Assembly (NCBI GenBank): GCA_965199495.1 | Contig: CBDASK010000003.1 | Location: forward strand, 2,336,001-2,400,000 | Reading direction: 5' to 3' | Length of the DNA stretch: 64,000 nt | Source of the DNA: Abditibacterium sp. | GTDB taxonomy: Bacteria > Armatimonadota > Abditibacteriia > Abditibacteriales > Abditibacteriaceae | Part shown: positions 49,544 to 59,261 of the stretch, in pieces | Position numbering within the stretch: the first letter of the stretch is position 1 | Layout of the letters: each line of letters starts with the position of its first letter | Notes under the pieces: generated by a model | What the model saw: the letters and a program-made list of their open reading frames with translations, nothing else | What the model was told of the DNA's origin: nothing | Database searches by the model: none | Translations under genes and position numbers: made by a program

Positions 49544-51052
49544 TTACGACTTCGCCCTGTCCAGCAAATGCGATAGGCGATTCGCTCTGGCTGCGCGCGC
49601 GATTTGGGCGGCGGTGCGCCCCGCATTATCGCGTGTGTCGAGGCGGGCGCCGCGGCCCAGCAGCATTCGGGCGAACTCGACGCGCGTTTCGGGCCTGTAA
49701 TACTCGGCATCCGATGTGGCCTCGCCAAACGGGGTCGCCAGCAACATCAGCGCGGTGCGGCCTTTGCGGTCGCGCCGGTTGGGGTCGGCGCCGTGACGCA
49801 AAAGCACGCGCGCCCAAGCGGGATCGCTCGTCACGCCGCCTTCGCCATAGCCCTGTTGCGCGGCCCGCATCAACGCTGTTGTGCCCCGGCTATCGACGGC
49901 GTTGATGTCGGCGCCGTAGGCCAATAGCGTTTTAAGCGCGGCTTTGTTCTGGCAGTTGATAATCGCGCTATTTCCTTCATCGTCACGCGCGTTCACGCGC
50001 GCGCCCCACGCCACCAACAAACGGATTTTGGCCGCGCTATCCGCCGCGTTCATCAACGCGGTTTCGCCGTCGTTATCGCGGGCGCGCACGTTGGCACGCG
50101 CCGCCAAAAGCAGTCGCGAAACTTCGAGCGAAGCGTTCATCAACGGCGTTTGGCCCCGGTCATCGGGGATATTGGGATCGGCGCCTCGCTTTAACAGCAG
50201 ACGCGCGATATCCGGCTTATCGGCGGCGCGCAACAAAGGCGTTTGCAAACTGAGGATTTCGTCGGGCGGTTCGTCGGGCGGGTAATCGCTCAAAACACTG
50301 TTTGGGTCGGCGCCCAACTTTAACAGAACTTCAACCTTGGACTTGTCAGCTTTTTCTCCAGGGTAGGCGATGGCATCGTGCAACCGCTCGTCCAACGATT
50401 TTTGCTCCTTTGAAGGCAGAGGATGCCCCTGGCCGACGCGCGCACCGTGCCCGCGCAACAGGTCGGCGACGGGTTTGTGAGCGAAGTAAACCGCCCATTC
50501 GAGCGGCGTTTTGCCGAAGCGGTCGCGCACGTTGGGGTTGGCGCCCGCGTTCAGCAAAATTTTGGTTTGTTCGGCGCGCCCCAGATAAGCAGCCACGCCG
50601 AGCGGCGAAAGTCCGGTTTTACTGCTCGTGTTGGGGTTGGCGCCATGAGCCAGCAGATCGCGCAATATCGCGACGTAAGTCGCCTTCCACGCGGCTCGCT
50701 GAGCGGGTGTCGGTGGCGCAGTCGCATCGTTGTCGTTGTATCCGCTCAGGGGCGCCTGCGCCGCGCTCCAAACCGGCGTTTCGCCGTTGGAGTTGGCCTT
50801 ATCAACGTCGGCGCCGCGCGTCAGTAACAGATGCACGACTTCGGGATAACCAAAGCTCACGGCATCGATCAGCAAGGTATCGCTATCGGCGTTCTCCGTC
50901 GGCTGATTGATCGGACGACCTTTGTCGAGCAACTTGCGCACGCGAATCAACTCGGCGGCGCGCTCGGATTGCGATTGTTGCGCGACGCAGTGTCGCGCCG
51001 TAAAAGGACAAATCAGCGCCAGCCCCAACGCGAAAACAGAACAATAACGCAT
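49544..51052 (-). CDS. Secreted ankyrin-repeat protein
   Basis: Signal peptide followed by many G-x-TPL/TAL...LL-x-x-GAD/NxN repeats. Confidence 0.92.
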   Translation of the reverse strand: MRYCSVFALGLALICPFTARHCVAQQSQSERAAELIRVRKLLDKGRPINQPTENADSDTLLIDAVSFGYPEVVHLLLTRGADVDKANSNGETPVWSAAQAPLSGYNDNDATAPPTPAQRAAWKATYVAILRDLLAHGANPNTSSKTGLSPLGVAAYLGRAEQTKILLNAGANPNVRDRFGKTPLEWAVYFAHKPVADLLRGHGARVGQGHPLPSKEQKSLDERLHDAIAYPGEKADKSKVEVLLKLGADPNSVLSDYPPDEPPDEILSLQTPLLRAADKPDIARLLLKRGADPNIPDDRGQTPLMNASLEVSRLLLAARANVRARDNDGETALMNAADSAAKIRLLVAWGARVNARDDEGNSAIINCQNKAALKTLLAYGADINAVDSRGTTALMRAAQQGYGEGGVTSDPAWARVLLRHGADPNRRDRKGRTALMLLATPFGEATSDAEYYRPETRVEFARMLLGRGARLDTRDNAGRTAAQIARAARANRLSHLLDRAKS

Positions 51053-51404
51053 AAATAAATGTCTCCCTCGCCTCAGCTTACTAAAAAAGCGGTAGAACAC
51101 CAAACCCGGAGCGCCTGAATAAAAGAGCGTTTCGTCACAACAGCGCGCGAGAATTGCCGCTCGACTAAAACCGGTGTCCGCCCGCAAGCGGGCACCCGGT
51201 ATGTGGCGCCGATATTGTCCCTGCGGGCAAAAGCGAATTTCGGGTTTTCGGCGCAGACCGAAAGTCAGCGGCAATGCCGCTCAGAGCGCCAATTTCAAAC
51301 TCCCAATAGCTTATTTCTCTTGAACGCCATCGTCCTATTGTTCGATGAAACTCGAACAATGATTAAAGCGTCGAGATAGACTGAACACGCGAGGACAACA
51401 AACT

Positions 51405-52661
51405 ATGAGCGAAATACGTAACGTCATTATCATCGGCAGCGGGCCTGCCGGTTACACCGCCGCGCTTTATACGGCGCGCGCCAACCTGAAACCTCTGCTC
51501 ATCGCGGGCAGCGCCGACAAGAAAACTTCGCGCATCAAGGGCGGGCAACTGATGGCGACATCGGACATCGAGAACTTTCCCGGCGCGATTGTGACCGGCG
51601 TTGATTTGGATACTTATTCTTATCTCGAAGGCGACGAGAAAGCCGCCGCGCTGCAAGATGTGAAAGGTTTGAGCGGCCCGCATTTGATGACGCGCATGGA
51701 AATGCAGGCATTGCATTTCGGCGCCGAAATGATCGAAGAGTTCGTGACCGATGTGGACATCTGCTCCAAGCCGGGCGAACTTTATACGGTCACGACCGAA
51801 ACCGGCAAAGTTTTCCAGTCGCGCGCTTTGATTATCGCGTCGGGTGCTGCCGCCAAGACGATGGGCATCGAGGCCGAAGACAAATTTTTTGGTCAGGGCG
51901 GCGGCGTTTCGACGTGCGCGACCTGCGACGGGCATTCGTATCGCGGCAAAACCGTGGCGGTTGTCGGCGGCGGCGATTCGGCGATGGAAGAAGCGTCGTA
52001 TCTGGCCAATCTGGGTATTGACGTGCATCTGATTCACCGCCGCGACGAGTTCCGCTCGTCGCGCATTATGCTCGAACGCGTGCGCAAAAACCCGAAAATT
52101 ACGATTCACGAGTTTCGTCAAATCGTGGATTTGTTGGGCAAACCGCATCCTCTGGCAGAGACCTCGAAGTTTTTCGCCGACAAAGAAGTGCTGCGCGCCG
52201 CCGTGTTGGAAGACCCGCGCGACGGTTCGCGCGAAGAACTCGAATTGGACGGCGTTTTCGTGGCGATTGGACACACGCCCAACACGCAGGTTTTCGCCGA
52301 CCAACTGAAAATGGACGAAGCGAAGTATCTCGAACGCGACAAGCATATGCGCGCGATTCCTTCGATAAACGCGTGCAACCACAAAATGCACGGCATGGAT
52401 TATGTGCCCGGCATTTTCGTGGCGGGTGACGTTTCCGATCACATGTATCGTCAGGCGATAACGGCGGCGGGCATGGGCTGCATGGCGGCGATTGAAGCCG
52501 AGCGTTACCTCGCCGAGAAACTGGCCGAATGGGAAGGTCTGGACGGCAACGATGTGGATATGTCGCTCGAAAGCATCGGCGTCTCGCATTGGAGCAACAA
52601 CCGCGACGTGGCTGGCGAAGAGCCAGTCGTCGAGAAAGTGAAAGAAGCGGCGCAGATGTAA
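51405..52661 (+). CDS. trxB: Thioredoxin reductase with insertions and C-terminal extension
   Basis: IIGSGPAGYTAA, CATCD, GGGDSAMEE, HRRDEFR and YRQAITAAG. Confidence 0.93.
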   Translation: MSEIRNVIIIGSGPAGYTAALYTARANLKPLLIAGSADKKTSRIKGGQLMATSDIENFPGAIVTGVDLDTYSYLEGDEKAAALQDVKGLSGPHLMTRMEMQALHFGAEMIEEFVTDVDICSKPGELYTVTTETGKVFQSRALIIASGAAAKTMGIEAEDKFFGQGGGVSTCATCDGHSYRGKTVAVVGGGDSAMEEASYLANLGIDVHLIHRRDEFRSSRIMLERVRKNPKITIHEFRQIVDLLGKPHPLAETSKFFADKEVLRAAVLEDPRDGSREELELDGVFVAIGHTPNTQVFADQLKMDEAKYLERDKHMRAIPSINACNHKMHGMDYVPGIFVAGDVSDHMYRQAITAAGMGCMAAIEAERYLAEKLAEWEGLDGNDVDMSLESIGVSHWSNNRDVAGEEPVVEKVKEAAQM

Positions 52662-52677
52662 GATTTGTGGTCGCGTG

Positions 52678-52714
52678 AAAAGAGCGGATGCCAAATTGGT
52701 GTCCGCTCTTTTTT
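52678..52714 (+). terminator. Intrinsic terminator
   Basis: AAAAGAGCGGATGCC / GGTGTCCGCTCTTTTTT. Confidence 0.75.
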
Positions 52715-52784
52715 GTAATTCGCATCCAATGATAAGCATTTGTGCCTGACTTGAGAACGCGAAAAACGTTATATTAAAAAACAT

Positions 52785-53924
52785 ATGAGCACTTCTGGCC
52801 CTTACAATCTGAAGAACCCTTTTCCCGCGCGTCTGGCGCGCACCGTCGTTTTGACCGGCGCAGGTTCGAGCAAAGATACCCGTCATTTTGAAATTGACCT
52901 CACCGGTTCGGGCATCGAATATCTGCCCGGCGATTCCCTCGCGGTGCAACCGCAAAACGATCCCAAAGTCGTGGACGACATCATTGATGCGCTCAATCTC
53001 AGCCCCGACGAAATGGTCGGCGAAGGCGAGGGCGCCAAAACTCTGCGCGAAGCTCTCATTTCCGATTACGCCGTCACCACGCCGTCGCCGCAGTTGCTCA
53101 AAGCCATCGCCGCGATTGCGCCGCATTCGTCGTTCGCGCACTTGCTCGATCCCGACAAAAAAGTCGAATTGGCGCAATATCTGTGGGGCCGCGAAATCAT
53201 TGATTTGTTGGTTGAACACGCCGAAATCAATTTCACCGCCGCCGAGTTCGTCAAACTGCTGCGCAAGTTGCAGGTGCGCTTGTATTCGATTTCGTCGAGT
53301 CTGGCGGCGTGTCCCAACTCCGTCCATTTGACCGTTGCGACCGTGCAATACGAGAGCTTTGGCCGCATGCGTCAGGGCGTGGCTTCGAGTTGGATGGCGC
53401 ATCGCATTGACGAAAGCACGCCGATCCCCTGCTACATCACGCCCAACAAACGCTTCCGTCTGCCCGAACCCGATAACGACGTGCCAATTATCATGGTCGG
53501 TCCCGGAACCGGAGTCGCGCCGTTTCGCGCGTTCGTGCAGGAGCGCCGCGCGACGAACGCCAAAGGCAAAGCGTGGCTGTTCTTTGGCGAGCAACATCAA
53601 AGCAGCGAATTCTTCTACGAAGACGAGTGGAATGAAGCGATGAAAGACGGTTCGCTCACAAAATTAACCACAGCGTTTTCGCGCGACCAAACGCACAAAA
53701 TTTACGTGCAACACCGTATGATCGAAGAGGGCGCGCAATTGTGGGAATGGCTGAACGAAGGCGGCATTTTCTACGTCTGCGGCGACAAAACGCGCATGGC
53801 CGCCGACGTTGACGCGGCGCTGCACGCCGTCATTCACCAGCACGGCGGCAAAACCGAGGAAGAGGCGGCGGAATACGTCGAACAGATGAAGAAAGAACAT
53901 CGTTACCATCGCGACGTTTATTAA
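52785..53924 (+). CDS. CysJ-like FAD/NADPH reductase module lacking the flavodoxin domain
   Basis: RLYSISSS, GVASSW, GPGTGVAPFR, AFSRDQ, FYVCGD and RYHRDVY. Confidence 0.88.
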   Translation: MSTSGPYNLKNPFPARLARTVVLTGAGSSKDTRHFEIDLTGSGIEYLPGDSLAVQPQNDPKVVDDIIDALNLSPDEMVGEGEGAKTLREALISDYAVTTPSPQLLKAIAAIAPHSSFAHLLDPDKKVELAQYLWGREIIDLLVEHAEINFTAAEFVKLLRKLQVRLYSISSSLAACPNSVHLTVATVQYESFGRMRQGVASSWMAHRIDESTPIPCYITPNKRFRLPEPDNDVPIIMVGPGTGVAPFRAFVQERRATNAKGKAWLFFGEQHQSSEFFYEDEWNEAMKDGSLTKLTTAFSRDQTHKIYVQHRMIEEGAQLWEWLNEGGIFYVCGDKTRMAADVDAALHAVIHQHGGKTEEEAAEYVEQMKKEHRYHRDVY

Positions 53925-53941
53925 GCAGTCGGGCGAAAAAC

Positions 53942-53975
53942 AAAGCGGGACGCGAAATATTTCGCGTCCCGTTTT
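53942..53975. terminator. Intrinsic terminator
   Basis: AAAGCGGGACGCGAAAT / ATTTCGCGTCCCGTTTT. Confidence 0.7.
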
Positions 53976-54075
53976 ACGTTATGGAATCTTTGACTCAGTG
54001 GCGCGGACACGCCCGAATGCTCGATTTATGGACGCGCCCCCATAATTTTCGGAGTTTCGTAGCGAAATAAAGCCG

Positions 54076-54579
54076 TTAAGTCGCGATGGCTTCGCGCTGT
54101 TGCGCGGTTTGCAACAACCTCGGTTCGCTGCTTTCGAGCTGCTGCGCGGTCTCTTCTTCCTGCTGCAAGTTCTGTTGCAACAACTGCGCGACTTCGCTTT
54201 GTCCCATCAGCTCGGCTTCGTTGATCAACCCGCGATAAACGCCGATCTCGTAATGTTCCACCATCGTGGCCGCGCCGCCGATGAAGCAGTCGCGCAATGC
54301 CGCGTCCTCGACTTCCAAACCCGATTGCGCGTTAGCAATCAGTCCGCTACAAATGCCGCATTCGACGCGGTCGGGCTTCTCGCCAAGCAGGTCGTAGACC
54401 TTGTGGAGGTTCTCGATCTGCCCTTGTGTCTGTGCGATGTGTTTTTCCAATCCGGCCTTGAGCGCCGGGTCGGTGGTTTTGGTGTGCATTCCCTGTTGTA
54501 ACGCGAGGAAGCGGTGTTCCGAGTCGTGAATGTGCGCCAGTTCGGTGAAATACTTCTCTTTCAATGTGTTGATAGCCAT
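54076..54579 (-). CDS. YciE/YciF ferritin-like protein (DUF892)
   Basis: ELAHIHDSE, HIAQTQGQI and VEHYEIGVY...QQEEET. Confidence 0.88.
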   Translation of the reverse strand: MAINTLKEKYFTELAHIHDSEHRFLALQQGMHTKTTDPALKAGLEKHIAQTQGQIENLHKVYDLLGEKPDRVECGICSGLIANAQSGLEVEDAALRDCFIGGAATMVEHYEIGVYRGLINEAELMGQSEVAQLLQQNLQQEEETAQQLESSEPRLLQTAQQREAIAT

Positions 54580-54667
54580 AGGTAAAATTCTCCTTTTGAG
54601 CAACGAAAGCAATGGATGAAAATGCTTTCGTCGCTTGTTAGTCGCTGACTTTGGTTTCCGGGGAAAT

Positions 54668-55987
54668 TTAGAAGCCCGCCAAGCCCTGCGGGCTGGTGTA
54701 AGGAATGGCGTCTTCATCGATTTTCTTCAGGGCGCCATCGGCTCCCAGTTCGTAGGAGATCAGTTTGGAAGCGTTGGCGTAGATTTGGTAGAAATACTTG
54801 CCGTCGGGACTGAGCAAGTTATCGCTGGGGCCGCTGGAAACTATACCATCGAGAGCTTTGAAACTGCCGTCGCCGGGCACGGCGGGCGCAGCCGGGTCTT
54901 TGGCGATTTGCAGCGCGCCGTTGACGATTTTGTAGCTCGAAACCGAGCTATAACCAAACGCCGTCGCCAAAACTTGCTTGTTGTCGGGCGTAATAGCGAG
55001 CCAGCATTGTTCGGAAGGCATGCCTTTGCTGGTGTCAATGGCGACAATCGGCGAGTGCGTGACGGTGCCCCCAGCACTAATTTTGCCCATCGCCAGACCA
55101 TTTCCGCCCGCATAGGTGGTGACGAAAGTATCGTTGCTGCCATATAAAAACTGCGCTGAAAAGCCCGCCGCGCCGCCCGCATCCATGATCTGAGCCGCAC
55201 CCAAATCGCCATTATCTTTGACCGGAAAAACCACCAGTCCATCTTTGTCTTTGGCGTTCGATACAGCCACGTCGGCAGCCACGGGATCGCCACCGTGATT
55301 GATTTTGGGTTCGTGATCGAACAAAAGCAGGCCCATCAAAAACTTGCCATCGGGCGACAGCACAATTTGCGTCATCACGCGGTCAGTTTTGGACGGCGTG
55401 TTGACCGAAGCACTGCCCTGACGCAACGTCAGCTTGCCGTCTTTGACCGAATACATATGAATATGATCGGGGCCAAACGCGTGACCGACATAGAGCGTTT
55501 TGGTGCGCGGCGAGTAGGCGAGCGTTTTGGCCGTGCCGCTTTTGGTGCGTTCCTTCGGCTTGCCGGTCGCTTGAACATCAATCAAAGTCGGTGTGCCGCC
55601 GTCGCCGATTGAAAAACTCGACACGGTGTTATTGCCGCCGTTGGTGGTGAAGAGATATTTGTGATCGGGCGTAAGGATCACCGAGCCGACACCTTCAAAC
55701 GGGTTGGGTTCGCTGGGTTTGTCGTAGATGGGCTTGTAGGTACCGGAACCTTTGCCGCCGGTTGAGATGCGCTCCAATTCGGAGAGGCCGCCGTTGCGCA
55801 GGCGAGCGTAATGGACGATCTCGTTGTCGAGGCCATTGGTCTGCATATAAACGTTACCGCCGCCACTGCCGCCGCCGCCAGTAAGTCCATTCCCACCGCC
55901 ACAACCCGTCGTTAGCGCAACCGCACCAACGCACGTCAAGATTCCCAGAGGAACGATGTTGGCCAACTTCATCTTGTGTTGCTTCAT
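54668..55987 (-). CDS. Lactonase-like beta-propeller lipoprotein
   Basis: Lipobox LTTG-C, Gly linker, VYMQTN, and repeated blades (LTPDHKYLFTTN, LSPDGKF, ITPDNKQ, LSPDGKYFY). Confidence 0.85.
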   Translation of the reverse strand: MKQHKMKLANIVPLGILTCVGAVALTTGCGGGNGLTGGGGSGGGNVYMQTNGLDNEIVHYARLRNGGLSELERISTGGKGSGTYKPIYDKPSEPNPFEGVGSVILTPDHKYLFTTNGGNNTVSSFSIGDGGTPTLIDVQATGKPKERTKSGTAKTLAYSPRTKTLYVGHAFGPDHIHMYSVKDGKLTLRQGSASVNTPSKTDRVMTQIVLSPDGKFLMGLLLFDHEPKINHGGDPVAADVAVSNAKDKDGLVVFPVKDNGDLGAAQIMDAGGAAGFSAQFLYGSNDTFVTTYAGGNGLAMGKISAGGTVTHSPIVAIDTSKGMPSEQCWLAITPDNKQVLATAFGYSSVSSYKIVNGALQIAKDPAAPAVPGDGSFKALDGIVSSGPSDNLLSPDGKYFYQIYANASKLISYELGADGALKKIDEDAIPYTSPQGLAGF

Positions 55988-56052
55988 TGGTATCTTCTCC
56001 CTAAATTTGGATTTAGCTCACTATCAGAACAGAGACGTGAACTTTCTCAGAT

Positions 56053-56084
56053 AATATAAAATTTAAATATCACGAAACATTCTC
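56053..56084 (-). promoter_or_regulatory. Putative distant OmpR-family box promoter GAGA-N7-GTGA-N11-TATATT
   Basis: Same spacing as the three sites at 9.9-15.5 kb, with one mismatch. Confidence 0.5.
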
Positions 56085-56220
56085 GAAACGTTGGAGAAAT
56101 CCTCCCGAAACAGTGCGAATTTGCCACTCCGGTGAGATTTGAAGGCAATTTCGGTGAATAAGAAGTTTTCCCAATTCGCAACTGTTTTAGCTGCGATTAA
56201 TTTCGTTTGTTGTCTTTCGT

Positions 56221-58032
56221 ATGTCTTCGCCTCGCCGCTATGAACTTTCGCACGATGTCGCATTTTCGCGTGCGCAAGTCTGGGAGTTGTTGGCTCAGAC
56301 CGACCGTTTGAACCGGCATATCGGTTTGACGCCGGTTTTCTACAAAGAGCCGACGACCGATGAGTTCGGCATCTACCGACCGGCTTCGGCCAAATTTTCC
56401 GGCGTGTTGATGCAGTGGCGCGAATATCTGTTCCGCTGGGAGCAACACCAAAATTATACCGTCGTGCGGCGCTATGCCAGAGGGCCGATTGCTTCATTTG
56501 AGGGCGGATTGGAATTGGAAGAGTTGGGCGAAAATCGCACGCGCCTGACGCTGTGGAGTCGCATGAGCGCACGCGGCCACGCCGGGCGGTTGATCGTGCC
56601 ATTTATCGCGCGGCGGTTCTTGCGACGCTCGATTCGTTATTGCCAGAGCGTATTCATTGAAGGCGAACCGGCGCCGATGCCGCACGCGCCGCCGCCAAAA
56701 TCACGCGAGTGGAATCGGAGCGCGCTCGATAGTGGTATTGCGCGTTTGCGCGAGGCGCCGATTCGCGACGATTATGCGCTCGCACTGCGCGATTTCATCC
56801 GCACGGCGGGCGAAGACGAAGCGGCGGCGCTGCGTCCATTCGAGTGGGCCGATCAAAGCGGATTCGACCGTCACGAAGCGCTGCGGCTCTGTCTTTACGC
56901 GGTGCGCGTGGGGCTGCTCAACTTGCGTTGGGCGATGATGTGTCCCAATTGCCGCGTTTCCAAAAGCGAAGTTTCAAGTTTGGCGCAGGTCGGCGAAACC
57001 GTGCATTGCGATTTGTGCGGCGTCAATTACGACCTCAATTTCGACCGTTATGTCGAACTGCGCTTTTGCGTGCATCCCAATGTGCGAGTGGCTTCGAGCG
57101 CTGTTTATTGCGTGGGTGGGCCGTTTCGCTCGCCGCATGTTTTGGAACAACGCACGCTCGAAATGGGGCAATGTCATCATTTTGGGTTGCCGACAAGTGT
57201 GCCGTTGCGACTGCGCGTTATCGGTCTTAATCACGCGATAGATGTTGACGAAACCGATGCCGGTGGCTGCTTCGTGTTGTCCGATGACGGTTGGATAAAA
57301 CAAGATTTTTTGATGGACGAAATTTCGTCTCATCAAAGCGCGCAATTGTGCGCGGCCAACAAAACGGCGCGTCCGTTCGCGATTGTTTTGGAAAAACGCG
57401 AGTGGGACGACAGCGCCGTGACGGCGGCGCGCGTGACGGCATTGCAGGAGTTTCGCGATCTGTTTTCCAGCGAAGTTCTGGCGCCGGGGCGTCAGGTCGC
57501 CGTCGAAAGCGTGACGCTATTTTTCTCGGATTTGAGCAACTCGACTTCGCTCTATGAAAAAATCGGCGATGCTCCGGCGTTTAGCCGCGTGGGCAGCCAT
57601 TTCGAGTTTCTGTTCAAGAATATCGAAGAGGGCGACGGCGCCGTCGTCAAGACAATGGGCGACGCGGTGATGGCGGTTTTTAATCGGCCCGCCGACGCCG
57701 TTGCGACCGCGATTCGCGTGCAGCAACAGTTCCGCTATTTCGCCGAAACCTTGAGCGACCGCGACGATATTACGCTTAAAATCGGGCTGCACTGCGGCCC
57801 GGCGCTGGCGGTCAATTCCAACGACCGGTTGGATTATTTTGGGCGCACCGTGAATTTGGCGGCGCGCGCGGTCGGCGTTTCGAGCGGCGGCGACATCGTT
57901 TTGAGCGATGATGTTTGGCAAGCCGATGGAGTTAAAGAAGTGGTCGAAGCACAGGGTTTATGTCCGCACCATTTTCAGACGCTGCTGCGCGGCGTCGAAG
58001 CCTCGCGCGAAATGGTGCGTTTGGAGCCGTAA
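56221..58032 (+). CDS. Class III adenylate cyclase with SRPBCC-like and Zn-ribbon (DUF5939-like) domains
   Basis: FSDLSNST, VKTMGDAVMA, DYFGRTVNLAAR and CPNC...CDLC. Confidence 0.9.
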   Translation: MSSPRRYELSHDVAFSRAQVWELLAQTDRLNRHIGLTPVFYKEPTTDEFGIYRPASAKFSGVLMQWREYLFRWEQHQNYTVVRRYARGPIASFEGGLELEELGENRTRLTLWSRMSARGHAGRLIVPFIARRFLRRSIRYCQSVFIEGEPAPMPHAPPPKSREWNRSALDSGIARLREAPIRDDYALALRDFIRTAGEDEAAALRPFEWADQSGFDRHEALRLCLYAVRVGLLNLRWAMMCPNCRVSKSEVSSLAQVGETVHCDLCGVNYDLNFDRYVELRFCVHPNVRVASSAVYCVGGPFRSPHVLEQRTLEMGQCHHFGLPTSVPLRLRVIGLNHAIDVDETDAGGCFVLSDDGWIKQDFLMDEISSHQSAQLCAANKTARPFAIVLEKREWDDSAVTAARVTALQEFRDLFSSEVLAPGRQVAVESVTLFFSDLSNSTSLYEKIGDAPAFSRVGSHFEFLFKNIEEGDGAVVKTMGDAVMAVFNRPADAVATAIRVQQQFRYFAETLSDRDDITLKIGLHCGPALAVNSNDRLDYFGRTVNLAARAVGVSSGGDIVLSDDVWQADGVKEVVEAQGLCPHHFQTLLRGVEASREMVRLEP

Positions 58033-58115
58033 ACTGAGCGACTCGGCAACTTTGGGCCGTAACGCTCTCCGCATTTGACGAATACCAAAATCGAATCGTT
58101 ACACTATCGGCGCCG

Positions 58116-59255
58116 ATGTCCGCGCCCTCCTTTCCCTTCGCCGCCGCGCCACCATTGCCTTCTCCTATTCCAATCGAACGCGCCGAAATCGTGAGTTTCG
58201 ATGGCCATTTTTTCGCCCGCGTTTACAGCGGCGAATTTTGTGGTGTTGTCGCGCTGAATGATTGGACTCCCCCATTAATTTCGCTGTGGCAAAACTTAAT
58301 TTTGCCGTTTTGGATGGGCCGCGACGCGCGCGACGTGGCTGCTGCTGTCGAAGAGATTGGCCGAACGAATCTCAATTACAAACTCGCGGGCGCGCCGTTT
58401 TGGATGGCGGTCGCGGGCGTCGAACTGGCGATCTGGGATTTGCTGGGGCACGCGCACGGAAAAAGCGTCGCCGCTTTGCTGTGCGAAAAACCGCGCCGCA
58501 AAATCCCGGTTTATCTGTCGAGTTTGCGCCGCGATAACCAAGCGCAAGCCGAAATCGAACGCTTGGACGAGGCCATCGCGCAAACGGGCGCCAAAGCGGT
58601 GAAAATCAAAATTGGCGGGCGCGGTTTTTGGGACGCACAGACCGAGGCGCGTGACCGTGAACTGTTGAAGTTGGCGCGCGAAAAATGGGGCGAAAAGTTC
58701 ACAATTTACGCCGATGCCAATGGTTCGTTTGAGGCCGAAAAAGCCAGAGAAGTCGGCGAAATGTTGCACGAATACCAAATCGCGTGGTTCGAGGAGCCGT
58801 GCGATTGGGAAGATTTCGAGGCGACGCGCGCGGTCGCGGCCCATGTGCAGTTGCCGGTCTCTGGTGGTGCGCAGGACAGCTCGTGGCCCAAATGGAAATG
58901 GCTCTTGGAAAATTGCGCGCTCGACATCGCGCAACCCGATCTGAGCGCCAATGGCGGACTGTTGCGCTCGCTACGCGTGGCGCAGTTCGCGGCGAATTTG
59001 GGCGTTTCGACGGCGCCGCACGCGTCCGGTTGGGCAATGTGCGCTTTGCCCGCGCTCCATTTCGCGGCGGCGCTTGAAAAATCGGCGCCGTTTCTGGAAT
59101 GGGACGCCGACTTGATCAAAGCGCCGTCGTGGTTTGCAAGCGCGCTTGAAATCCAAAAAGGCGCGGTGACTTTGCCCAAAGGCGCCGGATGGGGCGCCGT
59201 TTATGACGAAGAAATTTGGAAAAACGCGCAAACTCTGGCGCGCTCAAGCGTCTAA
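58116..59255 (+). CDS. Mandelate racemase / muconate lactonizing enzyme family protein
   Basis: ELAIWDLLG, KIKIG, DANG, WFEEP and QPD. Confidence 0.88.
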   Translation: MSAPSFPFAAAPPLPSPIPIERAEIVSFDGHFFARVYSGEFCGVVALNDWTPPLISLWQNLILPFWMGRDARDVAAAVEEIGRTNLNYKLAGAPFWMAVAGVELAIWDLLGHAHGKSVAALLCEKPRRKIPVYLSSLRRDNQAQAEIERLDEAIAQTGAKAVKIKIGGRGFWDAQTEARDRELLKLAREKWGEKFTIYADANGSFEAEKAREVGEMLHEYQIAWFEEPCDWEDFEATRAVAAHVQLPVSGGAQDSSWPKWKWLLENCALDIAQPDLSANGGLLRSLRVAQFAANLGVSTAPHASGWAMCALPALHFAAALEKSAPFLEWDADLIKAPSWFASALEIQKGAVTLPKGAGWGAVYDEEIWKNAQTLARSSV

Positions 59256-59261
59256 AGCGCC

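Noticed and set aside
51363..53600. 745-aa minus-strand ORF
   Set aside because: Antisense shadow of trxB and the cysJ-like gene, with no recognisable motifs.
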